Source of the DNA: Botryllus schlosseri
Taxonomy: Eukaryota
Direction of reading: 5' to 3'
Assembly: GCA_051294905.1 (NCBI GenBank)
Contig: CM119386.1
Span: 7,750,001-7,814,000 of the forward strand
DNA length: 64,000 nucleotides
The notes beneath the pieces were generated by a model. It ran no database searches and was not told the origin of the DNA. It worked only from the letters and a program-made list of their open reading frames with translations. Below are positions 51,214-63,133 of the stretch, piece by piece. Position 1 is the stretch's first letter, and every line of letters begins with the position of its first letter. The position numbers were made by a program, and so were the translations under genes.

Positions 51214-51306
51214 ATGGACAGTGGACACGATAGCGGCCTGGGCACCGGCATCTTGTCGCGGAAGACTCGAAATAACTTGCTTCCGCAAATGCGACTGTTA
51301 ACGCCG
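51214..51306 (+). CDS. Weak candidate alternative first exon (phase 0): MDSGHDSGLGTGILSRKTRNNLLPQMRLLTP
   Basis: ATG, 31 open codons and a weak donor CCG|gtttgc in phase 0; contains DSGHDS. Confidence 0.3.
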
Positions 51307-52478
51307 GTTTGCGTCATACCGAAACCGCCCAACTTTGCGAGATCATTTACCCAAGCAAACACGCATATTCGGCTTAATTTATTCAGCATATCGATGGATG
51401 AACGACTATTCTGAAAGCCTTATAGAACAGAAGTGAATATCAAAGCACGGAAATAAACGCATCGGAATAAGCGGCATAGCCCATGTCTTTAAACTGTTAG
51501 CTGGGAGACCAACCCGCCCTTTTCAAGTTGCCTGCCAGACTTCGTTCAACACGAGCCTGTACTTTAAATGCGTCCCCGTCTCTACGTTTTGATCAGTTGA
51601 CGTTCTTCGTTTGATCGCGGTCTGTGTTGAAGTAAGCTTCGATTCGAATCAAGTATTCTAGTATGGCGTCGCATATAGTAAAACAATTGAGATGTGTTTC
51701 TTCTACATAAGGTAACGAAGTATATATAAATATAATTTTCGACCGTGCCAGCTCCTTATTATCCAAAATCATTTCGTTTTTCATATCCATCACCATGATA
51801 CAGCCCTTTTTGACAATGCTGCGAATCGGTTAAGTCACAGAAACGACATTTCCACGAACATGCGTAGCGCTGTGCTGAGTGTCCAATGCCCCCCACTCCG
51901 GGAACAAAGTATGGAAATAATACTTCTCGTTAATAAAACATCGTTATTTGTAGAGTTACCTGATTCCGGTATTCAAAAAAACTTCGACATGGATTTGTTA
52001 CATTAGCAAATTTTCTACTACTGTCCGAGTCACGTTACGTAATTGCGGTAATTGCAATCCATATTAGGATGTCGCTTCTCGCTAGTATAAAATATTTTCT
52101 CTGTTCATTGGAACGCACTTTGTATGAACGCCGTCAGTGTTGATTTATACTTATACGTATGCCGAACAATTTGTAGTTAACTATGAACATTGTGATGACA
52201 AAGGAGGGATTATGAGTACACACTTCTTGTAGCTCGCTGCGGGAATTATCAACGGAAGTCCAGCCGCTTTCGAAGACAGACGAGCGGTCTGTTCCACCGT
52301 TTCGCGGTCCCGCTCCGTCATTACCGAAATGCCCGAGAGAAATTACCGTTTAATTGCACCCTACACTGCCCGTAAATTGTGCCCAGGAGGCAAGGCTCCG
52401 CGGCGTTACTTCTACTAAACGCGTATCGCGAATATTGCACGAACACCGCTACTGTTGGTCGGTTGCCGGTTAGCCGCG

Positions 52479-52640
52479 ATGGAGTGTTGGGACGAGGTAG
52501 CGCCGTCTGTACGCGGGTACTTGCCTTTCGCCATGAGAAACTTTCAGTCCTGCACCATACCGATACCGTACCTGTCGCGCGGGCGGTCCGGGAAATATTG
52601 CTTCCGCAAGAAAGAGAGGTCGTACTCTTGCGCTTATGAG
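52479..52640 (+). CDS. Candidate alternative first exon (phase 0): MECWDEVAPSVRGYLPFAMRNFQSCTIPIPYLSRGRSGKYCFRKKERSYSCAYE
   Basis: In-frame ATGs at 52479 and 52533 (gccATG), donor GAG|gtaatg in phase 0. Confidence 0.5.
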
Positions 52641-55160
52641 GTAATGACTTTGTTGTTTCGTAACAGACGCCTGGTATTGGCGTTGGCATTATCGCGTTCT
52701 GTATGACTTTGCTGCTGATGATGTCTGAATCGTGTGATTCACAGCGCGAAGGGCAGTGACGGATGTTGTGTTGTTACTGGTAATGCAGAAAGCCCGACTA
52801 TACTGGGTTTTCTAGGGTAAGCGTGTTTAGAGGCGTCAAGTATTCGGAATAAACTATATCTCCGGGCTTGTTATGAGAAGGAGTGGGCTCAAAGGTTCGA
52901 GGGTCAGTTTTAATAATTTGTTTCGAGTAGCGAGGGTCGATAATTTCGAGTAATTAAGTATACGCCTTCTTATCAATGGTAGTATTTTTATCTTCTCAAA
53001 ATATAGTTTCAATGCTGTATTGTATATGCACGGCTGGGGCCTGTAAAGCTTGGTTGCCCGTAGTTCAGCAATTCAGCAAAGAAAAACTTGTACGAGGCTA
53101 CTATTATTATTCATGGAGCGACATTTCTAACGTTACTGTTATGACGTCATAATATGCGGTACTCGTCTTCCGATCAAACTGGATGATCGATTTGACCTTG
53201 ATTGGATGTTTTGTGTCATATATCTAAAGTAGGTACAAAATATTGCATTCGACGAGTTCAAGTTCGAATTATCCGCAGCGTAAATGCTAGGGCTGGCTAC
53301 ATCGATTATGTATCTGATTTGTTTCGGAATTAAGCATACGTGTGCCACTTATTATGACCTCATACCTAGAAGAATTGGCGGTTTAATGCAGGCACAGCGA
53401 AATCGTGGCGCTTAATATAGAAAAAAACTTCGCATTTCGCAGTCGAAAAAGTCGTTAGAGGGCTTAATTGTCGTTTCACGAACAGATATATCGCCTATCG
53501 CTACATACATTAGGTTTGGTCAATGTGTTAATGTCACGGCGTATCAAAGTCCCGAGGCTCCTTCGGAGAAAAGAAAGCGTCTAATCAGCCGATAAGTCGC
53601 GTAGATAATGTCATAATTCTTAATCGCAGCCGCGCGCTTTACGGTTCGCCGGCAGAAGTTACACGCGCGGCAAGACCCGAAGCGCATTGATTGCGGTTTT
53701 ATGGAGATTTTTATTATGCGTTCCGCGTCAATTATTCAGTCCGGGCATCTCTTCAGACCGAATGAACTCTGCATCTCTATACTGAAATTGCAGACCGCTA
53801 ATGGATGGGTCGATGGTCTCTATGCGATGATGCCTGCGCCTTTAATACTGGCGGTAATTCTACAATGTGTGTGCGACTCTGCGTAGGATCACAAATGTGC
53901 CTGGTGCTCGAACAGAAGCTCAATCGTATCTGTATTGAACGGTAGTCTCGCGCGCGGCCGAGTGAAACACACATTTTGCGACAGCCGTGTCCGTGATCCG
54001 TTATTTTGTATTCATCCTCGATATGTAGCGAGGTTGCCGAATCGAAAATTGCAATTGTAGGTCGAAAAGCGGATAATGGTAGAACCTCTTACTCATCCTA
54101 TAGGAATACTTTGTTTATTGAGGCTTGGGATTGCTCGCTGCGTGCGGTTTTTGTGTCCTGCTGCGTGCATTACGTATTGTTTTCTTGGCGGTGCGTCATG
54201 CCTTCGCATGTAATCGGTCCTGTTTGCGAACGATTTTTGATTTGTGTTTCGCGTTTGTCAGTGTTGTGATGACCGGGCCTTTGTTAGTTACGTTATGGCC
54301 GAACTGAAGCATAGCCGCTATGACTCTTAGTTTGAATAACTGTATCGAATGTTACCTTCTCTGTAGAATTAATTTTTTGAGCGACTATTTGGCGAGGGCT
54401 TTGATTGTGAAATAACCGTGTGGTATTCGTCGTGGTAGCGAACCCAGAAGGTGTAATTGGGCCGTGCACACTGTATATTGAGCACAAGACAAGACAGCTG
54501 GACTTGAGTCACAATTATTTTCTAAATTCGAGCCCGTACAATAGGCTTGGTCCGTCCGACTTACACCTCTGAGCAGACCATGATCACAGTCCTATAGGAC
54601 CTAGCTCAATGTTGGGCTACGAACTCGTTTGGCGGAACGGTGTACTTTATTGCCGACATGACTTTGGTTTGCCTGAGCTTTACGAAATGTCTACAGGTTA
54701 AGCTTTCTTTTATAAGAGTTCTGAAAAATAATATTATAAAGGCCTGTATTACGATGAGACAGCCAGAGGGTATAATACGCCTACCCCTTAATTGAAAAGC
54801 ACGTTGTGACGTCATTTGAGAGTTTAGTCGCAATAGAGTGTTTGCATGCCATGAGGATGGACTACTTGAGTAACGAACTGAGGTTCTCAAGTAGAAATAA
54901 AAATCACGTACATTTTTAGTCAAGTAGCCAGAAACCTTCAGTCCTTCGAAAAGTAGAAGCACTTCGTCATTTACCACGTATGGTAATGAATGCATTGCTT
55001 GTGAAATGAGTTTCCAATTTGGCCATTTACCCGTCGCTTGACACAATCCATAGTACTGTGTATGCATATATTTATACCAACTTAGCGCTCCAGTTGGGAC
55101 CTGCATATCTTCCTTGATAATTATTTGATTCCGCTGCGAATCGGCTTTGGCGGCTGATAG

Positions 55161-55295
55161 ATGCTTCGCGAGTTTCCGTCAACCGCCTCTCGTCCCGGCC
55201 ACGCCTCCCATTCACGGCCGCGTGACGTACGCCCCCCTTCCGTCAATCAGCACGGTTCGTTCGAACGATGCATCGTCACTAATACCCTGTCGCCG
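55161..55295 (+). CDS. Candidate alternative exon (phase 0): MLREFPSTASRPGHASHSRPRDVRPPSVNQHGSFERCIVTNTLSP
   Basis: tAG|ATG start, 45 open codons, donor CCG|gtaatg in phase 0; S/R/P-rich. Confidence 0.45.
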
Positions 55296-56410
55296 GTAAT
55301 GAGAAGGGCATCGCCATTGCCGAGTTGTTTTAATTTCGCCTTCCGTTATTCGATTTTTACGTCACTAACTCATTGAAAACATCATTTTCCTTCCGTAAAC
55401 AAGAAGCATTTCGACGCGTTATCGCCATTGCGGGGGCACAGATAATCCCCGCGACCCGACAATGAAAATATGACCGCGCACCGCAGGCTTAATGAGATCC
55501 AATCGACTAGGGCTGTATTCGTAGCGTGTCTGGCTGTAATCAAATCATCGCCGCCTTTGCTGGTATCACGTGACAAGATGTTATAGTTGTAAATATAGTT
55601 TTTGATGATCTCACTGCGGTCTGAAATCGGTTAGCCGAAAGTGTAGAATTATTTATTATTCGCTACTCGCGTACGATGTATGATATTCTGCCTCAAGCCG
55701 ATAGCTGTAAAGACCTTGTTTTTGTGTCGACGCGCGAAGTGTTTTTACGAATTTGAGTGACTTATTAAATATTCGCGATGCAGGCTTTCTTCGTAGCGTG
55801 CAGATGTCGTTTTACGACGAAAAGTTAACTTTTACAGGGCTTTATCGGCAGGCGAGGGAGGCTTCTTTGTGATAGGCTGTTTTTTGCGTTTGGTTCGTTT
55901 ACGAATTTGAGTAATGCGACGATTGTGTTATAGAATTTATGTGTCGCTTGCCAGTAAGGGCGACAGTGTCGGTACAAAAGACTTTGATTGGTTCGGCGGA
56001 ATTGATTTCCGGTTTTCTTAAGTAGCGAATGAAATCATGGGCTTTACTGTTCAATACAGATACCCACAAGACGCGTGTATAGACTATTATAATATTTCCG
56101 CGCGTGGTCGCTGAAACAAAAAGTTTTCATAGGCAGGGCTACTATGTTTGGTGCTGTTGTTTTTCAAGAGATTGACGACTCGCGCAGTGATTAAATGGAT
56201 CTGCTGCCTGTCGGTAAACAAGGATTGCGCATCATATTGCGCGCAACGTCATCATAATAGTATGCATTTGGTTATTGTGTCCCTGCTATTAACATATCTA
56301 TGTGTAGTAAGTATCTATGTAAGCTATAAGCGTCTTGATATAGTTTCGACGCTCATCGTTATCGTGAGCTGCTGTTATTGAAGAATTAGGATTATCTTCA
56401 TGGTTTTCAG

Positions 56411-56450
56411 TTTGGCTGATCGTGTCAACATGACTGCTGGCAAAAAGAAG
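56411..56450 (+). CDS. Candidate 40-nt exon: (L)ADRVNMTAGKKK, with ATG at 56430 (MTAGKKK), phase-0 end
   Basis: Acceptor ggttttCAG|, donor AAG|gtaaaa. Confidence 0.45.
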
Positions 56451-57606
56451 GTAAAATCCCCGTTTTTCGCGAAGATATTCTCCTTTTCGGGATTGTGTGT
56501 TTAGGGATATTATCAGCTGGCGCGTCGGAAGCAGTTGTAATTGTACGAAGTTTGCGGAGGGTTCACCTGCTCGTGTATCTCCGTTTTGACGTCATTTAGT
56601 GTTTGCGTTGCTTATTATTTTGTGAATGTCCTACCGTAAAATGGTCTGGCGTTGTAGCACTTCATGAACCGGCCCGCGTTTATATGAGTTACTTGGCCTG
56701 TGAGATAGTACTCAGGTTTTCGATACAGGTGAGGCTGTAGCGTAAAGTCTAGCGTCTGTGTTATAGTATTCTTTGCTCCACTATTGGCGAATCATTGACG
56801 CATGCGAAGGTCACGTTCGTTGTTAGAAGTTTGTTTTGATGTATCGCTAACGCTCGGTCAAGTGCGTTGACGCATTACATCGAAACCCGATACGGACGCT
56901 GTGTGTAGTTGTTTCGACGCGCTGGTATAGGCTAACGATGTGTGCCCAAAACGGTCCGTTTTGATGACGGAATTGATATGGTGAAACCAGACACAGGCTG
57001 GCGGTGACGTTTGGTCGGCGAAGACAGTTAAAAATAGATGCTACATTTTAGGAGTCGGTAATGATTTCAATAACGACCTGTCCTACGGAATACTTCACGA
57101 AAGAAGTTGTGTGGTTATATCACCCGCGCGGTATAGAAGTTGCTTTTCTGCGCCTGACCTGTAATCTGGAACGACACATGTCATCATATCATTGTGACGT
57201 CATAGTTAATCACGAGTTCGTGTGGTCCCAAACACGAGCTTGAACTTATTAGGGTCTGGAGAAGTGTGTTTTTATCCCGATACGCAATATATTGTGTTAT
57301 TTGCACTCAACTCGGAAGATCGGAATTGTGGATTGTATGTTTCTAATCAAACTTATCGCCGTTGTGATCGTGATTGGCTTCATCAACTGCAGACATAGTT
57401 TACGGTACGAAATTTAGCAGCGTTTAATAGCCGATGCACGGCTTGTCGCTGCTACGGCGAAATTCAATCGGGTAATTTTTGCCACTTGCTATGACGCAAT
57501 CGCGCACATGCTACAGTGATTACTTTGTTCTGCGTGCCGCTCGGGCTATTCCCAATACGCTAAAACCTGCAATAGAACGCATTGACACCAGCGCCTTGTC
57601 TTGCAG

Positions 57607-57701
57607 AGCTACATACAGAGGAAGATCACGCCGGCCAACCGCTTGGCCAGATCCGCCCGGATGACGCCTGGAAAGGAAAACGTACCGTTTGCGTCCACCT
57701 C
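57607..57701 (+). CDS. DAB2IP/SYNGAP1/RASAL2-like: RasGAP shared exon (phase 0 to 2): SYIQRKITPANRLARSARMTPGKENVPFASTS
   Basis: Acceptor gccttgtcttgCAG|, donor CTC|gtgagt. The 95-nt exon is open and its phase-2 end fits 62425; same phases and position as the vertebrate GFLSRRL exon. Confidence 0.8.
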
Positions 57702-59338
57702 GTGAGTTGTTTTTTACGTCATTATTGGCTTGGCATCGCGCGTCAGCGACACTTCGTGAATAGACTTTGCAGGTCGTGTCGTCTTAAAGCTGGCACACTT
57801 TCGTATCATGGTTAGATGCGTTAATCGATCGCTAGATTGTTTTAATATTATCCTGCGCTAGGATCGGGCGCATTGCGAAACTGCTACTGCGGTATTGGTT
57901 TTAGTTGTGAGCCGTTTAGGTTACTAGTTACAGGGCGGTAAGATAGTGAATCTGGCTACGTTTTTGAAGAAGCTGTTTCTTATGCCGGACGGGTTTATCT
58001 TGAAACACTTGACAAAGTCGACAAAGTAAGTGTGGCGGTACGTTTATGGCCAACGACAAACGAGTGTGATAGGGTTTTATGACGGTTTATCTGCTAAGTG
58101 CAGTGCTGCGAGCTTATATTGCTTAGGCGATGTAAAGTCAACTACAAGAAGTTTTGTCATTAAGGTATAATAATAGCCTGACATTGTTTTCCAAAGGAAT
58201 TGCCCTGGTGAAATGTAGGAAATTGTAGCTTTCAAAAGTAGAATCTCTTGAAAAGTAACTTTGTGATATGTGGTCACTGGTCATGGATTAACTTCATTAA
58301 CTCCATTATGAATGTCTTTGTGAGTTGTGACTACCGACGAGCATTCAGTTGGTAACAGTGCAGGGGCAGTCTAGAATATCTTGCTATGGCAATTATTTTA
58401 AACTCTGAAAATCGATTTTTAATGTTTGGTGTTCGGCTAGTAATTAGTACTTTGTCATCAACATACAAGTCCACTTTCAAGACTATATTCATGGTTGATT
58501 TATACATTAACCCAAGACTTTTTTCATGTGTAAAAAAATTCAAGTCTTGCTAAAATATAATTATTGAGGGTCTTCGTGTTGAAAGCAGTCTTTGAGTTTT
58601 GCATCACCCACCATTCACCAACCATCTGCTTTCAATATACTGGCAAATCTTGAACCAAAGATACCAAAGTAACCTGGTAGTGTGGCCACTATGTTGGAGA
58701 ACAATATTATGTTCATTTCCGTGATTGCGTCTGGCAATAAATCCCGTTCGACATATATCAGATAGAGGTGTTACCAGATTGAGAAAACGCTTGCTCAGGC
58801 AATCAACAACAGATGTGGATGCTGGTATTCTTGAAAACTGTCACCAAGCGTGATACCAATGTCAAAGCTCTGCCAATGCAGTTTTCATTAGACCGAGGAA
58901 TTTTCCGTGAGAATTTTCCTTGCGTCTCGGTGGAATGACACGTCTTGAGGTGTTTCCAGACGCCGTTGATACGGAACAGGAAAGCGTGACTCATCTTTCC
59001 TATAGCTGCATGCGAGTCACCTGCTTGCACGACTCTGCTTAGCACGTAACGGTATATGAAGGAAGGACTATGATGGTGACGCATGGATATTACCGAACAC
59101 GTCCGCTAGCGCAATGTATTGCGAATATGGTAGTGTGTCAGTGTTTTATACGATAGCGAGGTGCGGGAAGGTGATTATGCTGTGTTTGCCGGGTTTGAGA
59201 CGGTCCTTTTGCTGCTCGGGACTGCTATGTTTCGGGTGAGGCATTTAAAGTTGTCTGAATTCGTAGGCGGGCGTCGTTTATTTTTGTGCTTTGAGTCTCT
59301 CGATTGGCCGCTAACAATCATAGCTGTGAGACACAAAC

Positions 59339-59409
59339 ATGTTGTTGTTTCCTGTCCCTCGCACCATTAATGCAAGCAGCATTGGCCTTCGTTGCACTGC
59401 AAATCATCT
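59339..59409 (+). CDS. Candidate short-isoform first exon (phase 2): MLLFPVPRTINASSIGLRCTANHL
   Basis: aacATG, 23 codons plus 2 nt to a consensus donor |gtaagt; phase 2 fits exon 62425 directly. Confidence 0.45.
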
Positions 59410-60820
59410 GTAAGTTTTTTGTAAGCTAGCTGGTTACCTGTTTCTGTGTTTCTTGCGAGATTTATCCATGCATTCTGTGCGATCTTCTATCTAAAGTATA
59501 TGAAGCATTGAACTAGCCAGGGAGAGGGAATGGTTGGTATTGTAGTAGATGGATTGATGATGCATTCATGCTAGGCTTGTTCGGTGCCGCTTAGATAAGA
59601 CAAGTCTTGAGAATGAGCGTATCAGCTTTGTGACAATTTCCTCTGTGTACTATCGCAGCTCATATAGTTCATTGAACGTGCACCTTTCATTAATTTTCCA
59701 CCCTTTCTTTCTCGAGTTCTTCGGGGGCGAATTTCCTTCTGGCATCATTTTCATGCAGTAAATACATTGCACTGTACAGATACAGGAATAGGAGATAGAA
59801 GTATGTGTTGAATGAATTGAGGCTTGCGAATTGAGCAAGATGCAGGGAGAAGTGGGGAATGCAAAGATTTAGTGAATATTTTCACATTGAAATTTGAAGC
59901 CAGTCGATGTGATTTGTGTCATTATAAATTGACGCTTGCAAACGGTGCCGTGCTCCTTGCAAATATGCGATACTTTGAATGTTGAAGCTATCATGTTTTT
60001 TCAAACGACACCGTTCAAGACCTTGCAGCAAAAATTTGAATAGTGTAGCGTATCAAATGTTTGTGCCTAAAATTCATGACTGAAACCAAATACTAACTGC
60101 TAAATGCTGCATCTTGCAAATCCTGGTTGGGTTTACTTATTTTTTTACCCAAATACAAGCTCACAAGATCACTTTCTATCTTTCTTTCTCTCATTAGATC
60201 TCATTTTAAACTATCTGGCAATAGGGTCTGTTATAAATGGAGTGCAAATTGCAAGTCTAGCCATCCAAGCATTCACATTATAATATTGTCAAGTCAATCG
60301 AAAATAGTTTTTTGATTGTCCCGGCAATTTTTTTGTACCATGGATAGCGAGTGGCCCTGTGATAAATGGGTACTGTAATAGTTATGCTATGCTATGCTAT
60401 ATGCGGATAGTTTAATGCACGGTTCCAAGAACAACTGTTATTTAATAAAAGATAACAATTGCTAACCAATTTACAGAGCGATGAAAGCAATGTAGCGCTT
60501 CGTGACTAGGCTAATAATTATGTGCATATTACTCAGGTTTCTAATCCCTAACAGGAAGTGTTGGTGTTTGTAACTTATATCGATACCTGAATGTGTGTGC
60601 AGTGAGCACTCACTGGTTGTTTGAATCTGTTCACTGTTTATACAAATGAGTCTACAACCATATGCAAGGACTTTTGATTCTAATACTGACTCATTCTCTG
60701 AGTGATTTTGGAATGGTGGCTGCTAAGTAGCATTTGTCTAATTATGAGCACTGCGGTTCCATGTCACACTCAGGTCATTCCTGTCTATGCAGTGCTGGAA
60801 AACATATGCTTTAGTAGCCG

Positions 60821-60864
60821 ACATGGAAGATATGTGATACACACATGGAAGATATGTGATACAC
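60821..60864. repeat. Exact 22-bp tandem duplication ACATGGAAGATATGTGATACAC x2
   Basis: Directly visible. Confidence 0.9.
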
Positions 60865-62424
60865 GTAATGTTATTTCTATTCTTGGCTTGATTTATGGTT
60901 GCAGTAAGAATGCGGTGTCTTCCTTTTGGCCTTTATCAATTCATTATATGGCAAGCGGCGTGTGATATATGAATTATGCAGGCTTCAATTCGGTGGGATT
61001 AGATCCTGATATTGGTGAATGGGAGTTTAATCTGGAATCAGTGAGAATATGACGGAAAAGTAGACCTGTGTTAGACTTGAAAGGTATCAATCCGGTGAGC
61101 GCAGAGGGTATAAAATGTGAACTGGTGTTATTCTCAAAAGTGCGAGTTTTTGGGAATTAGCAATTGGGTGAAACTGCAGGCTGGTGCGTAAAGGATATAT
61201 TTGTGATATGTATCAACGGATAACATGTATCTGTGACTATCGGTCATGCGATGTTGTATTTTGATAATGTGCGGTGATGTGGCTCACAGCAAACAAAGTT
61301 TGGAATTTCCATGTGTATCAATTTTCTGAAATATAGCTTAGAAGGTTTGTTCTAGGATTCAAGTCCAATGGTATCAATTGATAGAAACTATAGCCTGTGA
61401 GACTAATTTTACAATCTTAAAACTGCTCATTGGCCCATAAGATGCGTCAGTTTTTGTACATTGATAGCCTTCATGAATGGGTGTGTACTTGGTAGTGCTT
61501 CATGGTAGGATTTCCATGATAAATTGCAATTTGCATAATCAAACTATTGGCCTAGTTTTGTCAGGTTAGAGAAGGTCAACTATCTGTCGCATATGCATTC
61601 AGAGATACTTCCCTTCATAATGTTATCCCACTCACGCTGGGATTGATGCTCTGTTGCATACCAGCATACTGTATTTCAATCCCGGTGTTTCCTGCCACTA
61701 TCGCAACTCTGCCTGGCGCTTAAAAATTTAGATGCTGATCACCATACTATCTGCAATTGTCTCAACTTTCTGCAGGCTGATGGCTTAGGATTCTATAGGT
61801 TTGAAACAGCTGCAATAACTTGTGTCTTGTAGTTACGGCTTCAGATAGCATAAAGTCAATTCTTATTGATCTGCCAATGTAACACTATTAGGTTTATTGG
61901 TCAGCCATTAGCGACCTGACATTATTAATAATTTGCAATGTTGTCTCAGTTCTGAATCATCTACTCTTATTTTTTTAATGATGATTTAAAGAAGTTTCAA
62001 AATCCATTTGAACATAGTTTTTGGTCTGCCAAGTCTACTTGTAATAGAGGATTTTTGTACAATACCTAGGACATTAAAAGCTGGTCCATTGGTGCATGTA
62101 TTGATTAGGAATTTTTCTCTACAAGCGAGATGACAGCTTATAAAATAATGATCACCTAGCGCATATGCATTCACCATTTACGGGAATTGGAATTCTTGAC
62201 CTATCACGGCGTTTTCAAGGAAATTTATTCTTGTGACCTCGTTATCTCTAAGATCTGTGTGTCTCTTCCTGTGTAAATAAGTCAGTTTCCAGTGGTGAAC
62301 AGACCGATTTATAAAACAAAAATCAAGTTCTGTTGTGCACAAATGCACAATTTTATTTTGTGTTTGTGTCTTGGGTACGGACTATTTTAGCATTTCGCGC
62401 CAATATTTTGTTGTCTTTTTTCAG

Positions 62425-62590
62425 ATCCTGGGTGTCGCAAGGGGTCGGCAACAAGCCAGAGTCTGAGATCGGATTGAATTTCTTCACGCCAACTATCGAA
62501 AGTCCCGAGATGTTGGATTTAACCGTAGAAGACGATGCCGTCATCAGGCCGTTACATCACAGTATTTTGGGAAAAGAGCACTGTTTTGAG
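62425..62590 (+). CDS. DAB2IP/SYNGAP1/RASAL2-like: RasGAP exon, PH domain part 1 (phase 2 to 0): SWVSQGVGNKPESEIGLNFFTPTIESPEMLDLTVEDDAVIRPLHHSILGKEHCFE
   Basis: Acceptor ttgtctttttTCAG|, donor GAG|gtgaaa. LDLTVEDDAVIRPLHHSILGKEHCFE matches the remembered vertebrate motif [26 protein letters not shown]. Confidence 0.95.
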
Positions 62591-63133
62591 GTGAAAAAAT
62601 ATTTTCTGCTATTATTACGTGCAAATTCAAGTATCAAGTGTGTTGAATGTAGCAAACGCAGCAATAAATATCATATGCGTTAAGCATGAAAGTTAGTTAC
62701 ACAGGTGGTAAAATTTTTGGTATGTTGTCGCTGTCAAAATGACATCAAAATTCAATATAGCCTACAAATTCCGGGACACAATGCATATTTCCTGCGTGTT
62801 ATGCCGCTACTCTCACATTGTGTAGTACAAAGTAAAAAGCAGCACTATGCCGCAGTTTCCAGGAAGACTGTTTTTGCTGTCACCTTATTGATCGCGTGTG
62901 ATTTTTGTAAAAATCGTGGTGCTAATTTGATAAGGTGGTTGCAAAAACCGAATTTGTTATCGAGCCATTACGGGAATTCGCATGCAGTCAGCAATTGGGG
63001 TGCAATTGCGTTGACTTGAATAATCTGAAATTTTTTGCCATGAGAGTTTTTCCGTTGTGGACAATAGGGTGTGTTGCACGATAATTTCGAGCCACCGCTT
63101 CCTTTCCGAGTTATTAATTTTTTGCCCGCGCAG

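Noticed and set aside
54606-55106. Longest ORF in the track (166 aa, minus strand)
   Set aside because: No recognisable domain or splice context; antisense within an intron; consistent with chance.
58331-58543. YVDD motif in a minus-strand ORF suggesting reverse transcriptase
   Set aside because: Flanking RT motifs could not be recovered in any frame; at best heavily decayed debris.
58762-58823. Exon-like DRGVTRLRKRLLRQSTTDVDA resembling the SynGAP RNKLLRRTVS segment
   Set aside because: Poor acceptor and donor, phase 1 does not fit neighbouring exons, and it lies downstream of where the homologous segment should be.
60950-62180. Possible decayed LINE on the minus strand
   Set aside because: Only vague fragments with many stops in every frame; not supportable without a profile search.
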